64,000 bases of DNA from Candidatus Latescibacterota bacterium (GTDB lineage: Bacteria; Latescibacterota; UBA2968; UBA8231), in contig OZ253462.1 in assembly GCA_965261395.1 (NCBI GenBank), positions 5,536,001-5,600,000 on the forward strand. Direction: 5' to 3'. A model generated the notes under the pieces. The model worked only from the letters and a program-made list of their open reading frames with translations, was not told the origin of the DNA and ran no database searches. Every line of letters starts with the position of its first letter. Position 1 is the first letter of the stretch. Positions 55,027 through 64,000 of the stretch are shown piece after piece. A program made the translations under genes and the position numbers.

Positions 55027-55685
55027 ACAAGCGATTCTTGTGCCCTGGACCGCAGCCAAACGGAATCCAAGCCGCTCCCGACGGCCTGTGGGTCATCGAC
55101 CAAGCCGATAACAAAGTGTACAAGTTGGATTATGAAACCGGCGAGACCTTGTTCGCAGCCCAGACCGATACAGTCCACTCTAGCGGCATTACCGTGGGAG
55201 ATGGGTATCTGTGGATCGCCTCTACCTATGAGCTCAAAATCGCCAAACTAGAACTGGCAACGGGCCGCACCATCGCCAAATACGACTCGCCCGGTGCCGG
55301 CATCACAGCGCCTCGGGAGGGTATTGCAGACGCACGCACCACCGGCTCTCACGGCCTAGAATGGAAAGACGGCAAGCTGTATGTGGCCACGCCGCCTTCC
55401 CAAATGGTCCACGTCATGGGCCCCGACACCTGGGAAGAAGAACACCAATTTCGCACCCCCGGCTTTCGCAACCACGGCATCGCTTGGGGGCCGGATGGCA
55501 GGCTGTGGGTGGCCGACACCTCGGCCGGCACCGTCAGTCTGCTCGACACCAAGGATGGGCGGGTCTACGACGTCATTCGGGTGCCCGCCCCCGATGAGGT
55601 ACACGGATTGACCGCGCACCAAGGCGTCTTGTGGTACTGCGACGCCCACACCCGCGACATTGGCATCCTCGCATTGGAGGACTGA
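55002..55685 (+). CDS. Cytoplasmic beta-propeller protein (Vgb/glutaminyl-cyclase-like repeats)
   Basis: Repeated 'H/S-G-I/L...LWV' blades; AAGGAG RBS. Confidence 0.65.
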   Translation: MASNIAKVDKRFLCPGPQPNGIQAAPDGLWVIDQADNKVYKLDYETGETLFAAQTDTVHSSGITVGDGYLWIASTYELKIAKLELATGRTIAKYDSPGAGITAPREGIADARTTGSHGLEWKDGKLYVATPPSQMVHVMGPDTWEEEHQFRTPGFRNHGIAWGPDGRLWVADTSAGTVSLLDTKDGRVYDVIRVPAPDEVHGLTAHQGVLWYCDAHTRDIGILALED

Positions 55686-55739
55686 GTTTGCGGAGTATGG
55701 TAAAACTCTGATCGGTTCATTACCTATTTTTTAGCAGCA

Positions 55740-57401
55740 CTAGTTATCGTTGCGGGCCAAGTCGTCCCTAACTGCTTCTATTTTTTCCCGCAACTTGGCT
55801 AGAGCTTCAACGATATCTGGCCTTCTGCGAACCGGTCGTTCAAGCTCTTTCTGCCATTGCTCAAACTGCCGGAGGATGGTGTCGAAATGTCCCGAATTGC
55901 GCTTCAATACTTCATCTATAACCGTCAGCGTCGCACCCTTGCGGCTCGCATTAAGGCAGCAAACGGTCAGCATAAGGTCATCGCCTCCTAGGAGGTCGAG
56001 ATCCTGAGCGAGGCGTTCACTGTAGCCGGCATCGTGCGCCACGTTAGGTTCGGATGTATCTCCCTGTAAGACCGAATCGTCGAACACCATTGGATGCCGG
56101 GCGAATAACCGTCCGATGTGCGTCTCTATGCGCTCCGCCAAATGTGTCAACGATATTGTCAGCCAGCATTCCCGGGCTCCGTCGAACAATTCACGCCACA
56201 ATACTTTCGCTTTATCCGGTCGGCCATGCGATGGCGAAAGCAGCCAGTCGATACCCGATATTCCGATAGCTAGGAGGAATAAGGAAGGAGCAAGTGCGTC
56301 AGCATCATCCGTTTGGTTCCAGTGCTGGGCACGGCGTCGTTGCTCAATCAGCCGATTCCAGGATTGCCGCCATCGTTCGGCGGGTTCCTCTACATGCGCT
56401 AGCAGGTAACCGCAGCAGTTCACTGGCAGGTCACTGGTGCCGGAGTTCAGAAGGGATTCGACTTCGAAGGCTGGATCTCGCGACGCTAGTAAGGCATCGA
56501 GATAGTCAAGGAGCTTCTGCCCATCCTCGGTGGATGCATTGCCGATCATATGATCCATCAAAGCCATCATGGAAAGTGCTCCAAGGCGAGGCGGAGTTTT
56601 CTCATCGTCACATAACTCGGACCGCGCTGGCGCAAGTTCGCCAACGGCTGGAATCTCTGGAAAATCCACCAAGGCAGCGATTGTTCCGGCGGTAAGGCCC
56701 GCCTTGTAAAGACCGAGAGTAATCCATTCGATCAGATCATCCTGCCAGAGATATTCATGAGCCCGATCTCCAGCACGATCGCGACGCGCACGATCCAGAC
56801 GTTCGTCCTCGACTTTCATGAGCAGCCACTGAGGGCCGAGGAATTTGCCGTCCGGTCGGGCCATGACGACACGGCCAAGTTCTTCAAACCATGACGCAAA
56901 GATTTTCTTCATCTCCTCCCGGACTTCTGAGTCGTCATCGTCGAAGTTTTTCTCTTGATGCAATTCCTGCCATCGATCACGGCAATGCTCCTCGGCACTT
57001 TTCAGCACGAGTAAGGCCAACAAGCGGCCATTCCAAGATTGACCGTTCTCACTGCATCTCGGTGCTGCCTCCAGAGTGGCCGCGATCTCGTCACGATCAT
57101 GCAGGATCGTGTTGTGCCTGAGAACTTGGCGTATGGGATGTGGGAAATCGAAACGGTCTAATCGACCTAGGATAGCAGCCTTGTCTGTCGGTAGAAAGCC
57201 TGGGAGAAAGTCTAGTACATCATAATGGACTGGAAACGGATCTCCTTGAGCTTGCCACAACTCATTGATCGACGGACTCGAACGCCATGCCTCAACAGAC
57301 GCATTGAAGGCATCTCGGTCCCCCGCATAGGTCCCGATCCCCGGATTGGCATTAATGTCCCTGATCTTAGCCTCCAGATCCGATAGTATTGAATCACGCA
57401 T
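55740..57401 (-). CDS. Hypothetical protein (553 aa, probably helical), gene 3 of the accessory operon
   Basis: ATG at 57401 overlaps the stop of gene 2 (ATGCGTGA); Leu/Trp/Glu/Arg-rich; no motif recognised. Confidence 0.75.
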   Translation of the reverse strand: MRDSILSDLEAKIRDINANPGIGTYAGDRDAFNASVEAWRSSPSINELWQAQGDPFPVHYDVLDFLPGFLPTDKAAILGRLDRFDFPHPIRQVLRHNTILHDRDEIAATLEAAPRCSENGQSWNGRLLALLVLKSAEEHCRDRWQELHQEKNFDDDDSEVREEMKKIFASWFEELGRVVMARPDGKFLGPQWLLMKVEDERLDRARRDRAGDRAHEYLWQDDLIEWITLGLYKAGLTAGTIAALVDFPEIPAVGELAPARSELCDDEKTPPRLGALSMMALMDHMIGNASTEDGQKLLDYLDALLASRDPAFEVESLLNSGTSDLPVNCCGYLLAHVEEPAERWRQSWNRLIEQRRRAQHWNQTDDADALAPSLFLLAIGISGIDWLLSPSHGRPDKAKVLWRELFDGARECWLTISLTHLAERIETHIGRLFARHPMVFDDSVLQGDTSEPNVAHDAGYSERLAQDLDLLGGDDLMLTVCCLNASRKGATLTVIDEVLKRNSGHFDTILRQFEQWQKELERPVRRRPDIVEALAKLREKIEAVRDDLARNDN

Positions 57402-58032
57402 GACATGATCTCCAACATTCATCGAAAAACTTCATCGCCTTTGTTCTAGTTACGGACCACGGTCCGCTCGCAGCGGTCAATCCCGGATGCCCTCCGCCGA
57501 CAGTTGAACCGAAATGCCAGAGGCCTCCGTCAACGATGGCGAAGCGATCGTGCAGAAACGGGAAAATGTGTTTGTCGAGGGTCGCCCTCCACAGAACCTC
57601 CATCTGAGGGCGATTTCGGTACAGGTTGCAATACTGCGTAAGCTCTTTTCTCTTTCGTTCCCTCTCCTTCCTCTCGATGTCGCCTCGACCAGTAAGCAGG
57701 CGCACGTCGCTTGCCTGACTGTTCGATATTGCGTCTTCTATGGCATGGAAGCCAACTATGTCAAAATGCAGATCTAGCACCAGAATACAAACTTCCGCTT
57801 TCATCACCGCCTCTTCGAATTCAACCAATTTAAGAACCGTGCCGTTCCTAGGTGCCTCATATCGTTCGTGGACATCCTGCCTGTTAGGGAAAAAGGGGGT
57901 GTCTTGATTTTCGATGCCCTTCCCATATTTGATCGATGGCCATAACAGTTGCGGCTTAACCGATGGCTCAGGAAGCTCCGGCACCAGAAATTCATCATGG
58001 ACATCCGTGGGCGGTCGTAGTATAGCGCTCAT
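57394..58032 (-). CDS. Stand-alone PLD-like domain protein (HDRF variant), gene 2 of the accessory operon
   Basis: 'ILVLDLHF...DVRLLT...FLHDRFAIVDGGLWHFGST'; ATGA overlap with gene 1. Confidence 0.7.
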   Translation of the reverse strand: MSAILRPPTDVHDEFLVPELPEPSVKPQLLWPSIKYGKGIENQDTPFFPNRQDVHERYEAPRNGTVLKLVEFEEAVMKAEVCILVLDLHFDIVGFHAIEDAISNSQASDVRLLTGRGDIERKERERKRKELTQYCNLYRNRPQMEVLWRATLDKHIFPFLHDRFAIVDGGLWHFGSTVGGGHPGLTAASGPWSVTRTKAMKFFDECWRSCHA

Positions 58033-59605
58033 CGGTAGCGGATAAATCCCATCAGACGGTTAACCCATACTCGGAGAGTCTTTTTCCAGGATGCCTCCGG
58101 TACCGGTCGATTGGATAACCAGTCGGAAAGGGAGGGTGCATCGCCCCAGAAGGCTTCGAGGCACACGATAACCGGTTCTGGATCGGGCAGCCTGACGATC
58201 ATTCCTGCGCGTTCGCCTATCGTGTGTAGGGAGTTCCCGGAAAACCAAACGGTCCCGTCAACAACCAAGAATCGGTCATGCACAGGAGGCGGGTCGCCTG
58301 TGAGGATGCGAACCTCTGGCTTTGTAGGATAGGACTCAAAGGTGCGGTCAAGGATAGCTAACAGTTGAGATCCAGAGTTGGCGTCAATAGCCAAGGTCGA
58401 AGTCAGAATCCGCAAATCTATGTCAGGCCGGGAAACTGCATGACCAAAGGCGAGCAGTTCTCGGCCGGCGAAATAAGGATCGACGATGAGAACCGTGTCT
58501 CGAGCACTACCTATTTTCTGTCGTATATATTGCGCTGCCTCGCTTGGTACATTGTGAAACCATTGCTGGTCGTAGTCTTTCGCAGCCTGACGGCGTGCCC
58601 GCTGATTCTCCGCCTCGGTAAGCCGCGAGACGATGTCAGCATCCTCCAATGCGTCGCCGATGGTTATCTTCCTTTCCTCTTCAAATTCATCCGCTTTGTA
58701 CTTGTACCCGGGCCGCTTGCGACCATCAACAGGGACATGAACCATCTTTTCGCGTCGGTGCAATTCCATTGTCATATGAATGGCCCTAAGGACTGGCTGA
58801 GGTTCGTGCCAGACCAGCAGGCCATATTTGGGATGCGTGATCGACCTCCCTTCCTTGTAGACTTTAGCCAAAAAGTCGAGAACCGCGATCGCATCATTAC
58901 CAAACTTGTGGATAAGCGTCATCCGTCCACGCAGACGTTCATTGACAATCTCCAAACGCAATCCGTCGAGGCATTGACCTTGTCGGGCCACGAGTTTATA
59001 TGCCACGGTTTCGGCCGCACCCTTCCTTGCCTGCTCAAAGTGGGATTTCTCGACTGACCGGAACAAGGGATTCGGAGCGACTAGACATATTGCGCCTTGA
59101 TAATCATAATATGCCTCGACGATATCGAAATTGAGCCACTCCTCCAACTTTGTCCGGTTTTTGTCCATTCCGATAATCGCGCTGACCTCTGGAGATAGGA
59201 CATCTTTCGGGAACAAGAAATGAGTGCGCGAATCCTGCATCCAGTCAGGTGCGAAAGCTAATTCGTTCGACGTGACAAAGTGAGGCCATGGTGGTTCCGG
59301 CTCGAACGGGCCACCTTCCAACTTCGCACCATCTCCCGATGTTGAGTGATTCGGATCGAGTGGAAGAACGATGTTGCCGTCGGCCATCTTCCGGTACCAG
59401 TCGATTGCATCCTCGACAGGCAGGACGAAACGTCGATAGTAGAGATATTTGCGGCCTTTGTTCCCGACGCGAAAGCCTTTCGGTGGGCAGCCTATGGCGT
59501 CGGGAAACTCATTCGGTCGCAATTCAACCATGCCGAACAGCAAATACCGAACTTGATCATCGCGGAACCAAGCAAGATGTATGATTGCCTGACGATATCC
59601 AGTGA
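58029..59605 (-). CDS. Large protein with C-terminal PLD-like domain (reminiscent of VPA1262-family proteins), gene 1; native start (60545) cut off by the IS
   Basis: 'VLIVDPYF...LRILTS...VHDRFLVVDGTVWFSGNSL'; removing the IS restores MDLTGYRQAIIHLAWF. The family name is from memory and unverified. Confidence 0.7.
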
Positions 59606-60535
59606 GAAGCCGTCTGAAAACCCTCTGATGTAGCCGAATTTGAAAGGGCGTACTCATCGAGCCATATTCAGGTTTCACCACAAAATCTGAACAGAAAGGC
59701 TTGTATAATGAGTACGCCGCGTAGGCAATATGCCACCGATCTAACCGATGGACAATGGCAGCGGATCGAACCGTTGCTGCCCGCGCCGCGCTGGCGGCTT
59801 CACGGTCCGGGTCGGCCGCCGCGGGATCGACGCCAAATCGTCAACGGCCTTTTATATTTGAACAAGACGGGGTGTCCTTGGGCTTTGTTGCCTGCTTGTT
59901 TTGGGCCGTGGAAAACGGGGTATGATTACTTTCGTCGCTGGAGCCTGCAAGGGGTCTGGCCGCCGGTGTTGGATCGGTTGACCAAGCGGGAACGCCGCCA
60001 GAGCGGCCGGGCGGCGATGCCGTCGGCTGGCTGCGTCGATAGTCAGACGATTAAGACCGCAACGCATGGTAAAACAACCGGGTATGACGCCGGTAAAAAG
60101 ATCAAAGGCCGCAAACGGCATTTGTTGGTGGACACGTCGGGTTTGCTTCGACAGGTGGTGGTCACCGCCGCCGATGTCGATGATCGAGAGGGTTTGAAGC
60201 AGGTGTTGACCCGCTTGAAGGCCGCCGGAGTGGCTCGGTTACGCAAGCTGTGGGTTGATGGCGGCTACCAAGGCGAGGCCATCCGAACGTGGGTGGCCAA
60301 CCAAAAAAAGACGCACAAAATAGACTTGGAAGTCGTCGCCAAACAAGGCTCCGGATTTACCCTAGTTAAACGCCGGTGGGTCGTCGAGCGCACCTTGGCG
60401 TGGTTGATGAATTTTCGCCGACATGCGAGAGATTATGAGGTCTTGACCCGCCATAGTGAAGCCTTGATCCAGATTGCCATGATCCACTTGCTACTTAAAC
60501 GAATCAAATGAAAATTAGAGTTTTCAGACGGCTTC
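59606..60535 (+). mobile_element. IS5-family insertion sequence (IS1031-like), 930 bp
   Basis: Terminal inverted repeats GAAGCCGTCTGAAAAC (59606-59621) and GTTTTCAGACGGCTTC (60520-60535); flanked by TGA and TTA (TNA-type target). Confidence 0.9.
59708..60511 (+). CDS. IS5-family DDE transposase, single intact ORF
   Basis: 'YATDLTDGQW', 'VDSQ', 'GYDAGKKIKGRKRH', 'VDGGY' and 'RWVVERT' motifs. Confidence 0.95.
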   Translation: MSTPRRQYATDLTDGQWQRIEPLLPAPRWRLHGPGRPPRDRRQIVNGLLYLNKTGCPWALLPACFGPWKTGYDYFRRWSLQGVWPPVLDRLTKRERRQSGRAAMPSAGCVDSQTIKTATHGKTTGYDAGKKIKGRKRHLLVDTSGLLRQVVVTAADVDDREGLKQVLTRLKAAGVARLRKLWVDGGYQGEAIRTWVANQKKTHKIDLEVVAKQGSGFTLVKRRWVVERTLAWLMNFRRHARDYEVLTRHSEALIQIAMIHLLLKRIK

Positions 60536-60585
60536 TTAGATCCATGACCGTCTCCTCGCGGATTTGTATCTAAAAATTCAGTCTT

Positions 60586-62172
60586 TCACCGGACCAGCAT
60601 CAACCGGCGCGTCCGCATTTCCCCGCCGACCTTCAGCACGGCCCAATACGCCCCGCTAGCCGCGCGCTCACCGCTCCAATGCGCCAAGTGCTTCCCGGCC
60701 TTGAGCCGCTCCTCCATCAAAAGGGCCATGCGCTGGCCCAAGGCATTGTATATCGCCAGCTCGACGTCCGCTTCCCTTGCCAAGTGAAAGGGCAGGTTCA
60801 CCGCGCTGTTGGCCGGGTTCGGATAAGCCGGCTCCAAGTTGCTGGCCCCGGCTCGCTCCTCTGTCTGCATGGCTACGACTGTAGGCGTAACATACCGGGC
60901 CGCGAGGGCAAAATTCCCACCCGCCGACGAGGCTCTGCCGACGATGACCGCCGCGCTATCTACGTCCGCAGCCTGCACCTGCCCTGCGTTGTCCGCGCGA
61001 AGTTCCATCGCGATCAGCTCGCCGCGCTGGCCGCGCATGGCGTACACCCACACGGCATAGTCCCCCTCGGCCGCGCCGGCGAAATCAACGGCTACATCGC
61101 CCTCAGAGCGAATGACCACATTGGCCGCGCCCCATTGGCTGCCAACCTCACCGGCCAGTTCCGCGAAGGGCACCTCGGGTGCGGCAACCGCAGCGGCGCG
61201 GCGGCCGCGCAGAGCCTCGTACCCAGCCGCGTAGTTGGCCGCGATCCACAAACGCCACGCACCCGCGTAGTTCTCGACCCAGCTTTGGTTCTTAAAGGCG
61301 TCGTCAATGCCCAAAATGCCGTTGCGCGGCTCGGCGACGATTTGGCGAATCAGCCCCGGACCATAGTGCTCGGCTAAAAAAGAGGCGAACAGATAGGTCT
61401 TGCCGTAGCTCGCCGAATTAGACACCCAGTGCGTTAGATTGATGCTGGGATCCGCGAGAAAACTCGGCACCATGCTCGGGTCGGCCTCGGGGAAACCGAC
61501 TAGCTCCTCGGCGTACCCAGAAAGTCCCTCGTCGATCCATTCCTCCTCGTCGGAATCGCGGCCCCAATGGATGAGGTGCTGAAATTCGTGCGCTAAGGTC
61601 GCGTGGGCGAGGTAGGCGCTGAAGGCCAGCTTGCTCGCGTCGAGATAGACCGTATCGCGCCGCAGTTCGGGCAGCAGTACTTCATACACATTACCGTCAA
61701 AATAGCCGACTATGTTCTCGCCTGGCAGGTCCAAAATCAGAATGAAGATGCGGGGATCGCCGTCCTCATCGGCAGGCTCGCCAAAAGCATCGACCGCTAT
61801 TTCAAATACTCCGCGCTCGGGATCAGTCGGAGTCGCCGCGTCGAAAAGCGCGCCCAGCTTATCCACATCCGGCTGGGCCGCGATAATGTCCCACTGGCTT
61901 TCCTCGACGAAGATATAGCAGTGCGTTCCCTTGTAGCGGCAGGTAGCGAACTTGAGCACAGGTTCGAGCGGCGCGTAAAAGGCGAGCTGAGTCCCCACTT
62001 CAATGGGGCCTAGCTCTTGACTTGCGCCGACTGCCTTGACGGCTGGCGCAGGGAAAGACGCGCGGTTCTGCTCAAGCCAGCGAGTCCCGCATATCCGCTC
62101 TTCGGCTGCGACTGCCAGCGGCAGCGAGAGCATCCACGCGGTTAAGGCAACCCGCGGAAAAAAGCAGGCCAT
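60586..62172 (-). CDS. Secreted HEXXH zinc metallopeptidase with a C-terminal FlgD-Ig/T9SS type-A-like domain
   Basis: Start re-set by TGATG coupling; signal peptide; 'CGT' propeptide; 'HEFQH...WIDEG'; 'YPNPAN...LAIYNALGQ...SGAYW'. Confidence 0.8.
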   Translation of the reverse strand: MACFFPRVALTAWMLSLPLAVAAEERICGTRWLEQNRASFPAPAVKAVGASQELGPIEVGTQLAFYAPLEPVLKFATCRYKGTHCYIFVEESQWDIIAAQPDVDKLGALFDAATPTDPERGVFEIAVDAFGEPADEDGDPRIFILILDLPGENIVGYFDGNVYEVLLPELRRDTVYLDASKLAFSAYLAHATLAHEFQHLIHWGRDSDEEEWIDEGLSGYAEELVGFPEADPSMVPSFLADPSINLTHWVSNSASYGKTYLFASFLAEHYGPGLIRQIVAEPRNGILGIDDAFKNQSWVENYAGAWRLWIAANYAAGYEALRGRRAAAVAAPEVPFAELAGEVGSQWGAANVVIRSEGDVAVDFAGAAEGDYAVWVYAMRGQRGELIAMELRADNAGQVQAADVDSAAVIVGRASSAGGNFALAARYVTPTVVAMQTEERAGASNLEPAYPNPANSAVNLPFHLAREADVELAIYNALGQRMALLMEERLKAGKHLAHWSGERAASGAYWAVLKVGGEMRTRRLMLVR

Positions 62173-62777
62173 CAGTAGAAATGCCGCACCAAGAAGAACG
62201 CCGCTCCCGCAGGCCCCACCGCCACCTTGGGCGCGAAGCCGGTCTGAGCTTGATCCGCGCGAGCCACCCGCGCCGCATGGATGGCGGACACGAGGTGATT
62301 GACGACCACCAATCCCGTCATATAGAGCGCCTGCCGTTGCGTGTGCTGGCTTGCATTGCGCAATTCGCGGTAGCGCTGGCGCGACTCGTCGCGATCCCAT
62401 TCCCAGAAGAAGTCCGCGTCCACAGGATAGAGCTCGGCGTCAGGGCCGTCCTTGTAGCGGGCGAACTGGTTGTGCTCCAGCCGGCTCGCATAAAACCCCA
62501 AGTCGTCGAAATAGGCGCGCCCCTTGCCCTCGGGCCGCGCACCCGCTCGTTCCGCCGCATGCGCCTGGTACTGATCGCGGCGCACTTGGCCCAACCACTC
62601 AAAGCCATAATAGCCCCCCCAAAGCGCTAACTCAGCGGCCAAAAAGCTACCGCCGCCGCCTCGGGCGTATTTCTGCCCCCAACCGGGTACCAGCAAGGAG
62701 CGCCAAAACGCCCCTTGGGACTTCCCGGCCTCAGCCACGCCGGGCAGCAGCAAAACCAACGCAATCCATCGCCACAT
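62172..62777 (-). CDS. Exported/membrane hypothetical protein (DUF5683-like), paralog 2
   Basis: 'AFWRSLLVPGWGQ.Y' and 'NHLVSAIHA' motifs; start re-set to MWRWIAL. Confidence 0.65.
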   Translation of the reverse strand: MWRWIALVLLLPGVAEAGKSQGAFWRSLLVPGWGQKYARGGGGSFLAAELALWGGYYGFEWLGQVRRDQYQAHAAERAGARPEGKGRAYFDDLGFYASRLEHNQFARYKDGPDAELYPVDADFFWEWDRDESRQRYRELRNASQHTQRQALYMTGLVVVNHLVSAIHAARVARADQAQTGFAPKVAVGPAGAAFFLVRHFY

Positions 62778-62781
62778 CAGC

Positions 62782-63711
62782 TCAATCCAACGGTTTGTAC
62801 GCCATGAGCATGGGCACGCGCGCCCGCACCCAAGGCTGCATGACCAACGCAAAGCGCGTCCGCCGCCGCAAGGCCGCTTCGTCGGCACCCTCAGCGCGCG
62901 CCCGCGCCACCCGCGCCGCATCAATGGCGCTGATAACGTGGTTGATCAGGATGACCCCGCTTACCGTGGAGGCTCGCTTGAGAAAGCGATTGCTCTCGTC
63001 GCGCTGGTCTTCGTAGCGGAGCCGTCGCTCGGAATGGAAATTTTCGACCGAATCGACTTCGGTTGGCGCGACGGCATTGCCGGTACTGCGCCTCACTAGA
63101 TCGGTCCAACCGGATGCGAATTGGTCGTATTTGCCAAGTAGCTCGTAGTATTGCTGAATCTGGCTAGACTCGCACCCGCCAAAGGCCGCACTCCCCAACC
63201 CACTTGTTTGCTGCTGCTGCATCCACTCGTTTCGCGCCGGAATGTACACATTGACGACCTCGCTACTACAAGGTAGCGCATGCGTGATCGAGGAATTGTT
63301 CGAGATCGTCGAGCCGCGCCAAACCAAGTAGTTGAGCGGATCCCAGTGTTCGTCGGCCACCGCCCGGAACTCTTCCTCTACATCGTTGCCCTTGTCCTTC
63401 CAAGCCGCCCACATGCCTACCAGCGCGGCTTCGGCCCCGAAAAAAGCTAACGCCCGCTTCTTCGACCCCGCATACCACTCGCCCAACCCCGGCACCAGCG
63501 CGGAAAGCAAAAACGCCCGCTTTGACGACTTGCCCTTGCGCGTCTCTGTGCGCGGCATCGGTGCCGGCTCAGGATCAGCATCGCCTTCCACCGCCCGCAA
63601 TCCCACCAAGAACGCCTGTCCCTCCTCGCTCAAAATACTCGGCAATCCCTCGGCCCGGACGCCGGCGGCGGCTAGCACGGCAACCACCAGCGCGATTCCT
63701 GTCCTCGTCAT
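62782..63711 (-). CDS. Exported/membrane hypothetical protein (DUF5683-like), paralog 1
   Basis: 'AFLLSALVPGLGEWY' and 'NHVISAIDA' motifs; AAAGGAG RBS. Confidence 0.65.
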   Translation of the reverse strand: MTRTGIALVVAVLAAAGVRAEGLPSILSEEGQAFLVGLRAVEGDADPEPAPMPRTETRKGKSSKRAFLLSALVPGLGEWYAGSKKRALAFFGAEAALVGMWAAWKDKGNDVEEEFRAVADEHWDPLNYLVWRGSTISNNSSITHALPCSSEVVNVYIPARNEWMQQQQTSGLGSAAFGGCESSQIQQYYELLGKYDQFASGWTDLVRRSTGNAVAPTEVDSVENFHSERRLRYEDQRDESNRFLKRASTVSGVILINHVISAIDAARVARARAEGADEAALRRRTRFALVMQPWVRARVPMLMAYKPLD

Positions 63712-63751
63712 GCTTGCTCCTTTCTATTGCGGCAGCACCCAATCATCATCT

Positions 63752-64000
63752 CTACCTCCTCTGCATCACGACAATGCGGTTCGAATTAGTTCCGCGCTTG
63801 TTGTTGTCAACGCCCCACATATTCGAGGTCTTGGTAAACGTCTGTTCGTTGATTACGACGCAGACCGGTTTCCACGCCGTCTCTTGCGCAACCTCGGCAA
63901 CCACGCGATCGAGCAACAGCGATCCCCGCCGGATTTCGCCCACCTCAAATGCAAACACCCCACCAGGGTGCGCTATCCTCGGGCAGGGCCGGCGGGTCCA
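63752..64000 (-). CDS. 3' end of a probable site-specific DNA methyltransferase (partial)
   Basis: Frame open from the window edge; 'HPGGVFAFEVGE...FTKTSNMWGVDNNKRGTNSNRIV' resembles the C-terminus of an N4/N6 methylase family. Confidence 0.5.
   Translation of the reverse strand, partial: WTRRPCPRIAHPGGVFAFEVGEIRRGSLLLDRVVAEVAQETAWKPVCVVINEQTFTKTSNMWGVDNNKRGTNSNRIVVMQRR

Noticed and set aside
55686-55739. att-like direct repeats bounding the PLD island
   Set aside because: No convincing match to 60558-60585 and no integrase or tRNA nearby
59606-59681. ORF-track start MVKPEYGS... as the native N-terminus of 58029-59681
   Set aside because: It lies inside the IS; the native RBS and ATG are at 60545-60557
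63752-64000. Methyltransferase as part of the PLD system
   Set aside because: Separated by three host-like envelope genes, only a fragment is visible and the call is uncertain

Overview
A 64 kb, high-GC, gene-dense bacterial chromosomal window. It is probably from a diderm FCB-superphylum organism such as a Latescibacterota-like lineage; this is an inference from a PorV-like gene, a FlgD/T9SS-A-type C-terminal domain, a TonB receptor and short 'WGxxK' C-terminal tails. Most of it is housekeeping: galU, larA/larB, ilvB/ilvH, ppdK, parAB, mobA, ctaB (frameshifted), ligA, argR-B-D-H, tilS-ftsH-folP-cdaA, lexA, era, purD, folB-folK-panC. Secreted and envelope proteins and three tandem paralog pairs are interspersed. 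The clearest accessory element is a lower-GC, translationally coupled three-gene operon (55740-60557, minus strand). It encodes two proteins that each carry a single PLD-like 'HDRF' domain, plus a 553-aa protein with no recognisable motif, and is a candidate undescribed defence system. An intact IS5-family element (59606-60535) sits in codon 3-4 of its first gene and separates it from its native RBS and ATG. Other points of interest are a shared short C-terminal tail on unrelated secreted proteins, a structured ~200-nt leader, internal duplications in LigA subdomain Ia and a GTAG-type REP palindrome. No rRNA, tRNA or CRISPR array was seen. All family calls come from motif recognition by eye, not database searches.
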